Source: Eledone cirrhosa
Taxonomy: Eukaryota
Length of the DNA stretch: 64,000 nucleotides
Direction of reading: 5' to 3'
Assembly: GCA_964016885.1 (NCBI GenBank)
Contig: OZ024741.1
Coordinates: 121,520,001-121,584,000 of the forward strand
The position numbers and the translations under genes were made by a program. Positions 15,175 through 28,530 of this stretch are shown in pieces. Every line of letters starts with the position of its first letter. Positions within the stretch are counted from its first letter, which is position 1. The notes under the pieces are model-generated. The model was not told the DNA's origin and searched no databases. It was given only the letters and a program-made list of their open reading frames with translations.

Positions 15175-15215
15175 GTATGTATATATATATATATGTATGT
15201 ATATATATATATATG

Positions 15216-15270
<55 letters not shown>

Positions 15271-15328
15271 CTATATGTATATATATATGTATGTATATAT
15301 ATGTATATATGTATATATATATGTATGT

Positions 15329-15360
<32 letters not shown>

Positions 15361-15484
15361 ATGTGTATATGTATATATGTATGTATATATATGTATATAT
15401 GTATATATATATATATGTATGTATATATATGTGTATGTGTATGTATATATATATGTATGTATGTATATATGTATGTATATATAT
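13811..15484. repeat. (AT)n/(ATGT)n microsatellite tract, about 1.7 kb
   Basis: Direct reading. Confidence 0.95.
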
Positions 15485-15637
15485 ATGTGTCAATAATTGT
15501 CACAAGTGTAGTGTCTGTACCAGAGTTTTCAAGTCGCTGGCTGGACTAAAATGTCACACTCGTTCAGCGCATCGGTAGGGGTTCTCCTACATGGATATAA
15601 AGTAGTGGCCGTACTCGAAAACGAGTTGGCAGCCACC
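15484..15637 (+). mobile_element. 3' fragment of the RTE-derived short element
   Basis: Matches the last ~150 nt of the other copies; (ATGT)n tail. Confidence 0.85.
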
Positions 15638-15659
15638 ATGTATGTATGTATGTATGTAT

Positions 15660-16802
15660 GTACTGGTTTTATAATTTCACAAATTTTTACCAATAGAGAG
15701 AGAGTCAGTTCTAACGTAGACACAGGACTCTCTCATTGGAATTTACTCAACACCAACTAGGTAGATTATGTATGTATGCATGCATGTATAGATGTGGATG
15801 TTATTGTATGTGTGGATGTGTATGTTTTGAGTTGTATGTGTGCATGTGTATATGTTTTGTATCTGTACATGTGTATATGCAGTTATTAGATGCAAAATCT
15901 TTGCAATGTTTTACATATTTTTACTGTTCCATTAATGGATTGTACTTGTAATTTCCTAACTAGTTGTGTTCTTTTTGTTCCTGTGAAGCCTAGCTTCTCA
16001 AGATTTGTATTGAGGCAGTTACTAACATACCCCAGTGCCCCAATAATGACAGGCATATTTCTGAAGGTGTAATCAAGGTGGAGTATCTGCAGATTTCTCA
16101 TCAGTTCTGCAGGAATATTCTCCCTTTCGCTAATCTTTGATATTATATTGGCATCTGCTGGGCAGCTAACTTCCACTACTGTGATGCTTTCTTTTCCCTA
16201 TCCCATATCATAATATCTGGTCTGTTATGCCTGCATTTTATTGGGGTTTTTAATGGAACATTCCACCAGTACTCTTTCCTATTATGTACATGGATGTCTT
16301 CCACATTGCTGTAGCTTTTAATGTGTTTATTATCGGGGCTATCTTTTCTACGGATTGCATTGTACAGTGTTTTGGCCACTACATCATGCCTCATAGGTAG
16401 ATAGTACCGCGATGACATCTTTGGACAGTTCCTGATGACATGGGTGACATCTTCGATGTTAATTCTGCAGAGTCTGCACTTGTTATCACATCTAGGTGAT
16501 TTGCCTGCATCCCTATCTCTTTTGTGAATCAGGTATTTCGTGCTAATCTCCTGTTCTTGGATTGCAAAAGCGTATCCTTCAAAGTGGGAGCCAATATAGC
16601 GGTTGTTGGTCCAAGATAGACTACTTTCCTTATCTATATTACTCTCACTCTGGAGCTTCCTGGCAACATACCCATGCATGATTTTTTGCTGATAAGTATG
16701 CAGTTTTTCATCCATAGATTCACTGCGATACTGCTGAGCGACTTCCCTGGGTGTGAGTTTTTGATTATCACACAGGGAATATCTCTCAAGGAGTTCCTTC
16801 CC
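15660..16802 (-). mobile_element. Truncated, frameshifted R4/Dong-type LINE 3' end (second family)
   Basis: EGYAFAIQEQ, CRLC...EDVTHVI..C, RHD, NRPDI, EVSCP, PVIIGALG; frameshift near 16176. Confidence 0.85.
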
Positions 16803-18353
16803 AATGTATGTATGTATGTATGTATGTATGTATGTATGTATGTATGTATGTATGTATGTATGTATGTATGTATGTATGTATGTATATAGATTTTCTCGAA
16901 AGAGATACGTTGAGTACTATCGAACAGTGTGGAATCATTGATTATGTAATAATGCAGATTTCATTGGCTGATCACGTAACTCATTGAAACACGTATACGC
17001 CTTTCTAGTATACAATAAATGAATAATTGAATATCAATTATTCTATTAACCTGTGTATATATTTATGAAATGTCCATGGTGCGTTGACTAGGAATGTCAA
17101 CCACAATTCAGGGTAGTATTCGATACATTAAATATAAAGACTACAGTCGTGAGCTGTTACGTATATATAGAAGACGTTTCGATCGTTTGGTTAGTTTCTA
17201 TGCAAATAAGAATGTAACAGATGCCATTAGCAAGTATTTGTAGTTCGAGGGATGTGTAGATTTAGGTCACTTGCTTCAACCAGATCACGGTTAGAGCCTA
17301 CTTACGCCTATATTGAGCAATAGGGTGGTGGTGATGAATGAAGCTCGTCAATATGAGAATGGTCATGACGAGGAGCGATGTTCGTGAAGTTGTACTAGGG
17401 TGATAGTAAAAGATTCTAAACTGACAGGGATGGGACTGAGGGTAGTGGTATAGTACCAAACTAAATGGACACTATATCACACACCACAAATCAAAGTTAG
17501 ATAGAAGAATATTAACGGACAATACGTCTCTATTATACAGATGTATGGTATGGTATGGTCCCGTAACTTCTGAGAGAGTCGTAAGGGCGGCGTATTGACA
17601 TACGGCGTTTCTTGGACATTTTAAGCCTGGCGGAGCCCATCTCTCTCCAGGCCTGAGTACAGCAGATTTCTTCCAGAGGAAGATAGAAAGTGAGAGAGAG
17701 AGGAAATGAGAAAAATATATAGAGGAAGAATCGACTTCAGTACTAGACTGGTACTTTTTTTATTGACCTCGAAAAGATGAAAGGCAAAGTTAACCTTGGC
17801 GGGATTTGACCTCAGAGCCGGAACGATTACCACAAGGCATTCTATCCTACGTTCTAATCACTCTGCTACATTCGGCGTCTATTATACAAAATCTTGAACA
17901 AATATTGGCGATTAATCTTAGAAGTAATACTTATATCGCAATTTGGCTCTAAGATTAATATTCAATACTCGGTGTTGTCTCAGCTCCGCGAAGAACACAC
18001 ACACGCCATGAACACGTAACGTAGTGACGTGTGAGTCTAAATGTCAAGTTTGCGATTCAAATTTCGGTATGGAAGTCATAATATGATGGAGAATTAAGAA
18101 GAACTGTATATAACTTCATAAAATACATATGACTATAATAAACAGGTAGCAAAAATAAACAATCAACACTCCTGATGATGAAACTGCAAGGGTCTGAAAA
18201 CATCAACAAATTATGGACTTAGAAACTTTGTTGTTCTTAATGAATTGTATTTACTTTAGTAGAAAATATGAGATTCTAATAACAAAATAGAAACTGGAAA
18301 GTAGTTATGTATTCAACAACAAATACATATATAATATTTATTAATATTATTAC

Positions 18354-18536
18354 CTTCACACGTTGGTAACATGCTAAAAGTTTGGTTTTCAGTACAGCGA
18401 ATAGATGATGATCCTGATATATGATAACCTTCGATACAACTGATACTAATCGTCTCATTGAATGGTACATCATTCTGCTCTGTTATGTTCGCGTTTGGTA
18501 TTTTAACGGTGATACTGGAGATGCTACAGTTAAATT
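18354..18536 (-). CDS. Host exon: Sushi 4 (KFNCS...CIEGYHISGSSSIRCTENQTFSMLPTCE)
   Basis: polyT-cag acceptor, gtaata donor, phase 1-1; CCP pattern. Confidence 0.92.
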
Positions 18537-18574
18537 CTGAAAAAAAAAAAAAAATAAATAAACCAATAAATAAT

Positions 18575-20092
18575 GATAACAACAATGGTTTCTACTAAAG
18601 GCACAAGGTCTGCAATTTGAGAGAAGGGGAAAGCCGATTAAATCGACCCCAGTGCATTACTGGTACTTATTTTATCGACCCCGAAAGGATGAAAGGCAAA
18701 GCTAATCTCGGCTGGATTTGAACAGGGAAACTAAAGGGTCATAACACTATGCCATTAAGCATGTTGTCCGATACTCTACCGATATGGTCACACCAATAAC
18801 TGTTTCTGATTCAGACACATGGCCAACCATTTCTTAGGGAAGGGAAAGTCGAATAAATCGACCCCAGTTCATTACTGGTACTTTATTTTATCGACCCCGT
18901 AATCTCAGAGGGATTTGAACTCAGATCATAAAGGGCGTACCTCTATATTGTAAAACATGTTGTCCGATACTCTAACGATACTACCACACCAACAATAATT
19001 CCAGTGCATTACTGGTACTTTATTTTACGACCCCGTAAGGATGAAAGGCAAAGTTAACCTCGGCGGGATTTGAACTCAGACCATAAAGGGACGTAACGCA
19101 ATGCTGGAAAGCATGGCGTCCGACCCTCTACCGATACTGCCAAATACTTAGGAATCAATGAGGGGTTGAAAAGCATACATATGAAAGAAAAGACTAGAAA
19201 GGAATACTATAAACGGATTAGATTACTATTCCAGTCAGAACTAAATGCAAAGAATAAGGTAATAGGAATCAATGCTCTAGCGATTTCAGTAATAATTGAG
19301 ATTTAATATTCTGAAGTAGTAAAAAAACTAACAAGACTAGACATAAATCAATGCTTTTAGCGACAACATATATTCTTCTAAATGTTTTGTCTATTAAATG
19401 AGAGAAGAATGAGAGATGTGGAGTCATAATAACCAGCAGTAACACCAAAAAGTGTGAAAAAATAATTGTTTCTACTTTAGGCACAAGGCCAGCAATTACC
19501 CAGTACATTACTGGTACTTTATCTTATCGACCCCGTAAGGGTGAAAGACAAAGTTTACCTCGACGGGATTTGAACTCAGACCGTAAAGGGACGTAACTAT
19601 GCTAGAAAGCATGGCGTCCAACCCTCTACCGATACTGCCAATTCATCGCCCTTGTGCAAAAAATAACGATAGCAATAATAGTTTCGTATATAGGCATAAG
19701 GCCAACAATTTTGGGGGAGGGGAAAGTCGATTAAATTGACCCCAGTGCATTACTGGTTCTTTATTTTATCGACCTCATAAGGAAGAAAGGCAAAGTTAAC
19801 CACGGTAGAATTTGAACTCAGAAAGCATGTTGTCTGACGCTCTAACGACTCTGACATCCACCGCCCTGATAATGATAAAAATAATAGTAATAATAGTAAT
19901 AATAATTGTTTCTACTTTTAGCACAAGGCCAGCAATTATCTCAGTACATTACTGGTACTTTATTTTATCGACCCCGTAAGGATGAAAGGCAAAGTTAATC
20001 TCGGCGGGATTTGTACTCAGAATGGCAAGGGCCGTAACTCTATGCGTCAAAGCATGGTGTCCGACCCTCTACCGATACTACCAATCCACCAT
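18575..20092 (-). mobile_element. Head-to-tail train of about 6 tRNA-derived SINE copies, interrupted by a Dong-like fragment (19143-19295)
   Basis: Repeated core ACTTTGCCTTTCATCCTTaCGGGGTCGATAAAATAAAGTACCAG, A box TGGCAGTATCGG, B box GAGTTCAAATCC, tail CCTTGTGCCTAAAGTAGAAACAATTATT; all in one orientation. Confidence 0.88.
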
Positions 20093-20267
20093 GATAATAT
20101 AGAACAAGATGGAATTTACAAGTACCGAGATGGTTATGAAGGAGACAGTATACAACTAATCGGATAGATACAAAGATCTGAAGAATATTGACATGCAACG
20201 AAATGCACCTCTCCAAGACAGATATTGATCGTTTGCATCCACAGAGGAACGAGAGAGCAAGTAAGCA

Positions 20268-20635
20268 AGAGTGCAAAGGTGCAATGGTGCAAGGGTACAA
20301 TGGTGCAATGGTACAATGGTGCAATGGTGCAAGGGTGAAATGGCGCAAAGGTGCAATGGTGTAAGGGTGCAATGGTGCAATGATGCAATGGTGCAATGAT
20401 GCACGGGTGCAATGATGCAATGGAGCAATGGTGCAATGGCGCAATGGTGCAAGTATGCAATGGTGCAACGGTACAATGGTGCAAAGGTGCAATTGTGCAA
20501 TTGTGCAATGGTGCAATGATGCAATTGTACAATGATGCAATGGTACAATGGTGCAAAGGTGCAATTGTGCAATGGTGCAAGGGTGCAAGGGTGCAATGGT
20601 GCAAGGACGCAATGGTTCAAGGGGCAAGGGGGCAA
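20268..20635. repeat. 8-bp minisatellite (TGGTGCAA)n inside a decayed Dong-like fragment (~20100-20800)
   Basis: Direct reading; flanks translate to RIDTKI.RILT.NEMH.SK.DIDRL and G..QLELLYKTATVG, similar to the 10570 ORF. Confidence 0.85.
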
Positions 20636-20849
20636 TGGGAATTACACAACTGGAACTGCTATATAAAACAGCCACAGTAGGAATGTTTAGGTACAGAAGA
20701 TTAGATGTTGCAGCAGGTTCAGGAACATGAAACCACGAAAAACCAAAACTGCGCTCAATTGCCAAAGAATGTGAAGAATATGGTAATGAACTAAATAAAA
20801 AATTGCAGTAAGTGAGCAACTGAGAAAAACAATAGCCGTGCAAGATTAA

Positions 20850-21075
20850 AAATAATTCATGCGTAACTGGCTGAGCATTCCACACACACGTGTACTCGTA
20901 GCGTAGTTCGCATGGAGATTCTGCATGACATTGTGTGGAAAAAAGTTGTCTCTTTGAAGTTATAGGTTCAACTAATTTTTGCCAGCTGAGTGGACTGGAG
21001 CAATATGAAATAAATTATCATGCTCAAGGACACAACGCGCCGCCAGCAATCAAACACGTGACCACTCGATGACGA
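20850..21075 (-). mobile_element. Second SINE family (CORE-like), diverged; relatives at ~34990-35260 and ~59270-59480
   Basis: Minus strand GTGTCCTTGAGCA...TTTCATATTGCTCCAGTCCACTCAGCTGGCAAAA; shared segments among three loci. CORE assignment is from memory. Confidence 0.6.
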
Positions 21076-21138
21076 CAAAGACCCATCCTATTACAAACAA
21101 CATCAACAGCAACAACATTAACAAAAAAAGTGTCTTAC

Positions 21139-21321
21139 TCTCGCAAGTTGGTTCCAAGCCAGTCCAAAACCCTGATTGCTCGCACAATTGAATTGGGTTT
21201 CCATCAATATAATAGCCTTCATCACAGATATATTCTACTATAGTTCCAACTGTCGTCCCATTACCTCCTTGAAATACAGCTTTACCATTTGTGATGTTGG
21301 AGCGAAGGGTACAGCCACGTG
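21139..21321 (-). CDS. Host exon: Sushi 3 (SRGCTL...GTIVEYICDEGY...CEQSGFWTGLEPTCE)
   Basis: gtttcag acceptor, gtaaga donor, phase 1-1; CCP pattern. Confidence 0.93.
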
Positions 21322-22037
21322 CTGAAACACAAAATTTGACAGACAATTGAAAGAAAATCCTGGAAACATTGTCTCTTTTGATACCAACTCGACCAAATCC
21401 GACTTTGGTTCTATGATGAATACCCATTTCTTTTTAAATGTCATCTGGTTCTATGAAATAAAACCACCCTTTTAAATGTCATAACGCAGCTAATTTCTTC
21501 CAGAAAAGGAGAGAGAGAGAAGTATGATAGAGAGAGAGAGAGAAGGGGGAGATAGAGAAGCGTGAGAGAGAAGAGAGAGAGAGGAGGAGAGATGGGGGCA
21601 AGAGAGAGAGAAGAGTGAGAGAGAAGAGTGAGAGAGAGGGAGAGAAGAGTGAGAGAGAGAGGGAGAGAGAGAGGGAGGGAGAAAGAGGGAGAGAGAGAAG
21701 AGTGAGAGAGAGCGAGAGAGAAATAGAGAGAGAGAGAGTGAGAGATAAATTGATGAAAAAAGATATTAGAGCAAGAATCGACATTACTAGTGAAGAGGTA
21801 TTTTATCGACCTTGAAAAGATGAAAGACAAAGTTGATCTCGGCCTGATATAAACTTAGGGCACAGTGAGTCGGAAGAAATACCGAAATATTTAATTCGAG
21901 ACCCTGATAATTCTGACAACTTGCGGCCTAAGAAACAGACCCCACTAACGAAAATAAAAGGCGAAAAGGTAAAAAAAAAAGAAAGAAAAATAGAAGAAAG
22001 AGTACATGTTACTGAAATAAATGTTGTTGAAACTTAC

Positions 22038-22211
22038 AAATACAAGATGGAGAAGAATCCCATGTTCCGTCAGAATTACACATTACGGTTGAATTTCCAA
22101 GGATCAGGTAACCAGAGAAACAAGAATAGTTTGCTGTATTGCCTACCATTACGCCATTGGATTCGCTAACATAACCATTCTTAATGTATTCCACTAGTCC
22201 GCAATAGTTTT
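22038..22211 (-). CDS. Host exon: Sushi 2 (KNYCGLVEYIKNG...CFSGY...CNSDGTWDSSPSCI)
   Basis: tttttag acceptor, gtaagt donor, phase 1-1; CCP pattern. Confidence 0.93.
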
Positions 22212-22257
22212 CTAAAAAAAAAACAAAAAAGAAAAACAATATAACAATATATTGAGT

Positions 22258-22298
<41 letters not shown>

Positions 22299-22300
<2 letters not shown>

Positions 22301-25300
22301 TTTCTTTATTGGCCACAAGGGCTGACATCAAGAAAAACATCACAGACGGAACAGGACGGAACGATGTGGGTTTTGTGCGTGTAAATATTTTTTATTATTT
22401 ATATCCCGCCGAGGTTGACTTTGCCTTTCATCCTTACGGGGGTCGATAAAATAAAGTACCAGTAATGCACTGGGTAATTTGCTGGCCTTGTGCCTAAAGT
22501 AGAAACAATTATTTATATAAGAAAAGAAAAAAGACATAAAACATATATATATATAAACAATAAAATGAAAATTGAAACAATGAAACATTCCCCAATAGAG
22601 GGGAAACCTCCGAGGGTTACTCGTGGCGAAAACCACACAAAAGACCACGGCCACCCTGACTACCAGGGCAAGCGCCCTCTCTCAATATTTCCATCTCTCA
22701 AACTACAGAGGTATATTCATAGTGGTGCCGTTCACTCGGACCATTCTCGCTACATTCACCCACCTTTCAACAAACTTGCTAGAAAGCAGCACTTGCCTCT
22801 CCACCCTGATTTTCCTCTTCAAGTGAAACTTGAAAAAGTTAATCAGGGATTCGCCGAAGAGGAAAGTGTTTGTCTTTAATCCTTTTAACCTTGTCCACCA
22901 CACAATCTCTTTCGCCATGGCCACCAGGCAGATGAAAACCGCCTGCCCTTCCTCCTCAAAGGAAGACGGCGAGACCATCTGCACAATGGACTCAGTCGAC
23001 AACCGGATCAGTCCCACACGTGACAGCAACTGTTCGACATAGCTCCACAAGTCATCAATGCTCGGGCACTGAACGAGTGCGTGCACAACGGTTTCGTCGC
23101 TATGCGCGCATCTCGGACAGGCTCGGCTGACGGCACTCCGTGCCTGTAGAGCTTATCTCGAACCGGCAGCGCTCCCTGGTAGCACTGCCAGGCCAGGGAT
23201 TTTTGGAAGTTATCCATAGGCCCCGGGCTGAAAGTTCTCCGGAAGAGAGCAAGCAGCTGATCTTCTTCGACACCCAGGATCTCTCCGAGAATGTCGTCGC
23301 TCTTCCCCTCCACTAGTCCTCTATAGCACGCCGAGGTGGATGTTCGACCGATACTGGTGCCCAACTGGGAGAGGGCAGTGAGCGCCTGGAGACATTCCAG
23401 TTTCCAAGCGCTATCCATCGGTCTTTTTCTGACCCAGGACTGCAGCTCCGTCAAGGTGACGAGCTGTGGGAAAATGTGCCTTGCGAACGGCGACCACACC
23501 CGTTCACCATCAAGGAAGCACCAGAGATGTCGCAGCCTCAGCGCATGTTTGCACATCATCAGCCATGGCATGCCCAGTCCTCCACGCAACGGGTGTTGAC
23601 AGCAGATGGATCGTCTGACCATGGGAGCGCGTCCCTTCCACAAAAAGCGGAAGAGGAGGCGCTCCATTTTGGTGAGAGTTGGGCTGGAGCCAGGGACGAC
23701 GGTGGGGCGGTAGCAGATGACGGATGCGATGTACGCATTCACCACTTTCGCCCGGCCTTTCAGAGACAGCTTCCTCTCAGCCCATTTCTGGGTGAGGGAA
23801 GCCACCCTGCTCGTCATCTCGTTCCAGTTTTTCTCCATCTGGGGGTCTGGTCCAAACCAGACCCCGAGCAATTTAACCGGTCTGTCCGTCCAACGCCCCA
23901 CGACGCTGTCGGATGGCATGGACATGCCTCTCCAGGTACCTAGCTGCAAGCCCACCGACTTTCGCTGGTTTATCTTTGCTCCTGTCACCGCTTCGTATTC
24001 CTTGAGAGCAGTGCCGAGCATCTGGACGTGTCTGGTGCTCGACACCACCACGGTGACGTCGTCAGCGTAAGCCGACTCGGATTTCCCGCACCCTAGTTCG
24101 CGTGGGACGGCCCTCATCGCCCCCAGTTTGTGCAGTAACGGCTCGAGGATCAAGGCGTACAAGAGGGACGAGAGGGGACAACCCTGGCGGACTGAGCGCA
24201 TAATGCTGAACGGCTGCGACAGGTGACCGTTCACCCTCACAACTGAGCAAATGTCGCTGTACATTGCTGCGATCCAACGCCTGAAAACGGGCCCGAAACC
24301 GGCTGCCTCGAGGACCGCCGCCAAGTACCGATGGTCCACCCTATCGAATGCTTTGGATTGATCCAAGTTGATCAGGGCCCCACCCTTGCCAGGTTCCTTA
24401 ACCACCCTCTCTATGATGTATCGCATGAGGTGGAGGTTATCGTGTATGGATCTGTCCGGAATGGCGCATGTCTGCGCCTCTCCCACCATACCCTTGACGA
24501 CAAGCGCCAACCTCGTTGCTAACACCTTGGCCAAAATCTTGAACTCTGCGTTTAGCAGGGTTATGGGCCTGAAATTATCAATAACATCCCCCTTGTTCGG
24601 GTCTTTTCTCAGCAGCGCCACTGCTCCCCGGCTCACAAAACTGGGAATGCTCCCGTTCTGCTGCCAGTTGCAGTAGACGTCTGACAAGAGGTCACCGAAC
24701 AAGTCTGGCATAAATGTATAAAGCTCGTAGGGCAGACCAACCGAACCTGGCGATTTACCCCTCGTGCAGTTAGCCATCGCTTCCCGTATTTCACCGGCTG
24801 TTATTGGCTTTTCGCAACACTGTGCTGCGGTCGTCGAGAGCCGAGGCAGTCCGTCGAGGTATGCACTGAAGTCCATGCCCCGATCCGGGCCGCCGCCGCT
24901 CCCGAACAGTTCAGCAAAGTGCTGCTGAAAAGCTTCACATCCGCTCGGGTTCGAGCATCACGCACCCGTTTTGGTCAGGCAAAGACCGAATTGTGGCTTT
25001 GTTGCCACGTCGCGCCTCTGCCACCCGGGCCCATTGGACGGCTTTTGTCCCCTCGTGTTTCAGAGCACGCGCTCTAGCTCTGACAACGCAGCCTTCGTGT
25101 TTTGCGTTGAAGAATTGGTCGAGTGCCAATCTCGCCGCAAGCACGTCGGTTGCGATGCCTGTCCTAAACGCCTCTTCTAGCTTTCTGACTAGCTCTCCCT
25201 CTACACTATTTTCCTCTATCACTACTCCTTTGCTAAACCTAATCGACTCTACTTTAATTGCCCTTTTCAGGGCGAACCACCACCTGTTGTTGACGACCGC

Positions 25301-28300
25301 TCCCGTCAACTCCCGCTTAACTAATACGCTAATCCGGTCTCTGTAGGCTTGCGCGCCGGGAAAGACGCGTTCAGCTTCCAGTAACCAGGCCCTTGTCTAT
25401 GAAGTCTGTCTATGTCGATCTAACAGATCACAAATTTGTGGTCTGTGTAGTCGACTATTTTAAATTGTGGACAACTTATACTAGCCTTATCTAGTTCCCT
25501 GCAGAATACCCTATCGAGATACGATCTGGATGACCCGATACGGTTTGTCCATGTCCACATTGGCACATTCGGGTGATCCAGTCGATACCTGTCAGACAGT
25601 TCAAAACCTCTGAGCAGGTTGGTGAGGCTCTTGCACCCTCCTCCCCTATCCACTAGCCCCACACGATCCCAGCGTGCATCCAAGATACAGTTCCATCGCC
25701 CACTAAAACTAAAGAGCGGGACGTTCCAAGAAAGGTCTCTAGACGTCTGAAGAAATCAGGCCGTCCTGCCCCTGTTGGGGCGTAGACGGCTACTAGCCTG
25801 AAAGCATTGCCTTCGCTGTCGGTCACGTCCAGCACCACCGACTTACCTTCTGGGTCCAGGAAGATGGCCCGTATCGCGAGATCCAAGCCTCTCCGAAAAA
25901 GGACGGCAACCCCTCCCCCCGATCCTGGACGGCTGGGAGATGCGTATACATCGTAGCCGCCGAAGATCTGTGCGAAGGCCCGTGCCTCGGAGATTCTGGT
26001 TTCACTGATGGCCACCACATCTATGTTTAGTGACCTGAGGTCATTGAGCAGGTGACCCTGCTTCCAAGATGACCCCAGGCCACGTGCATTTATACTGCCT
26101 ATTCTGAGTACAGCCATGTTGGATGAGCAACGGGGCAAATGAGAAAGGGTCACTTACCTTGTTCGTGTGGTGAAGGGACAGTAGAACCGTCCCTTTCGCT
26201 GGTCATGGGTGTTTCCAAGAGGATGTCAGTGTATATCCTCTTGGTAACCGTCCCTCTGAAGTCTCCAACTGCGTTGGGGAATTTTTGTTTTAAAGGATTG
26301 TACTGTTCTATTGAGATTTCGATGATGCTTATGTTTGTCGGGAGATTTCTTGGTGTTGGTGGGGTGTAGTGGTTTTTTTCGTGATGTCTGTGTGCTGCTT
26401 TATATATTTTATGAGTTCTTTTTTTGCTGTGTTTATGGCTGTGTACTTTTTTGGGGGAGGGGTGATTTTGTTGCCGTTTTCTTCTTGTTGCTGTTTGGTG
26501 TGTGTGTCTTGTTGTGTTTGCGTTGTTGGTGTTTGTGGTGGTGTTGCTGCAAGTTTCCTTGCTGCCTTTACCCCTCTTTGTATGCTTTCGCTTTTGGAGG
26601 GTGAATCTAAGGGTTTTTTTGTTTTTTGTTTTTTTTGTGGCAGACTGTTTGCCACGTCACTCCTGCCTCAAACTCCATGTCGGATTCTGTGGCATCTGGG
26701 AGGGGTATGTGCTCCACGGCGGTTGGTGGTGGTAGTGGAGCCCTCTTCGGCAATTTTGTTGCTGGTGTAGCTATTTCAAATGTAGCTATTGGTGTTGCCG
26801 TTACTGATAATGCTGCTTTAGTTATCCGTGGCCTTGGTACGGGTGCTACGGACGTTGCCCTCCTACTCACCGTGGAAGGGGCTTCTTCGTTTGTTGCCTG
26901 TCCTGCTCTTGGTAGCAACGGACCAGGTATTGGAAGGAGAGGGGCCCTCTTCGGTGTCTTCTGCGGGCAAAAGGCCTTGAGGTGACCTTTCGACCCACAG
27001 AGATAACATTTTGGCCGTCTTCCTTCTACACTTATAGGGAATAGGAGTCCTTCCTCGAAGTCTATGATATCGGGGATAGCCTCGATACATTCTTGGTCAG
27101 CTTGTATAAGCATTTGCATACCTATACCTGACCAGTTCTCTCTCCCTATTTTTTCTACTTGCAGCATGGTCGCCATGTTCTCAATTCCAGCAAGGACAGA
27201 CGCGGCCAGCCAAGGTATGGGCATGTCGGGTGGGACCTGGGTCACTTTGACCCTCACCATTTTCTGCCCGCAGTAGGAGGGCACCAAGACTAACTCCTCA
27301 CTCTTTAGGGTTTCCAAAGAGTGAGACTTTGCTTCCTGGGGGTGGCGAAAAGTACGTCTACTGTGGCGTACTTTCTGCCTCGGGTGATGTAGGTTTTGCG
27401 TACCCAGACGCACCCCAAGGCCTTTTGGATTTGAGCCTCCGTGGCTCTCTCCACTCGATGTGAGATTTTGCTTACGGTGCGGTAAGTCACCGTCCGTAGC
27501 TGCTGGTCCTTGAAAAAATCGGGTGGAGGTTTCAGGGAAACTCTATTTGCGCTTCTTGTCACCATGGCCCTTGCGACTGCCATCTCCTCCTCTGTGACTA
27601 ACACTGTCTCGATATTTCGGGCGACACCTGCAAAAGAACTGGTCCCTTTTTCAGCAGCACCACTATTGCTGCCGCTACTGGTCTTACTGGTGGTGCTGAG
27701 ATCGCTATTACAGGTATCGGTGTCATTGTTGTTCTTTTCGCTGGTACAGTTGTTGGTGTTGTTTTCGTTGATACTGTTGCTGATGTTACTGTTATTGTGG
27801 CTGTTGTTATTATTGTTGTTTTTGTTGATACTGTTCCTACTATTATTGTTGTTGTGGCTGTTGTTATTGTCATTGTTATTGTCGTTCTCGACCTTACCGC
27901 TGTTATTTTTGTTATTGTCGTTCTCGACTTTACCGCTGTTATTTTTGTTATTGTCGTTCTCGACTTTACCGCTGTTATTTTTGGTGTTGTTGTTGGTGAT
28001 GTTGTTGGTGTTATTGTTGGTGTTGTTTGTGCCAGAAATATTTGGTAATTTTAAATCTGTAACAATCTTTTTTTCCTTTGTAATATTTTCGTTTATATTT
28101 ACCTCCGCTGGAACGCTGTCTTGTTGACATGCTGATAAAGTCTCCCTCTCTCTGTGTTGTTTGACAGTGCTCTCTCTCTTTCTTGTGTTATCCATGTTGA
28201 AATTTTTCAGAAAAATATTTTTACACAAATACGAATACGACACCCCGTAAAGGGGTACCGTATTATTTACTAGTGAACCCCTGTATTAGGTGGGTCACTT

Positions 28301-28400
28301 CTAAACTTTTATCAAATTTAAAACTTGAATAAAGGTTTAGAACGGTTGAAAAAGAGGTAAAACGTTGAAAAAGACTGGAGGCGATAAGAAGCGTGGCTTC
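22299..28400 (-). mobile_element. Full-length but decayed L1/Tx1-type LINE (family B): ORF1 ~28194-26151, ORF2 ~26117-22703, several frameshifts; (ATT)n on both sides
   Basis: SINARG/ISETR/VYAP/YLDR/TDH APE motifs, YADD RT, ORF1 CYLCGSKGHLKAFC knuckle; clearly homologous to the 45648/51720 copies; (AAT)n at 22259-22298 and 28407-28433. Confidence 0.93.
22403..22513 (+). mobile_element. 5'-truncated SINE nested antisense in the LINE 3' UTR
   Basis: Core and tail match the SINE at 45411-45608, reversed. Confidence 0.85.
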
Positions 28401-28482
28401 ACCAACAATAATAATAATAATAATAATAATAATGGTTTCTTATATATACACACACCATCCATATATATATATATATATATGG

Positions 28483-28530
<48 letters not shown>

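Noticed and set aside
18575-20092. CRISPR-like repeat/spacer array
   Set aside because: Units are ~190-bp SINEs in eukaryotic DNA; no cas genes or constant short repeats.
20040-20885. His/Cys-rich metal-binding-like ORFs (LHHCTIAP repeats)
   Set aside because: Produced by the 8-bp minisatellite; open in several frames with no splice context.
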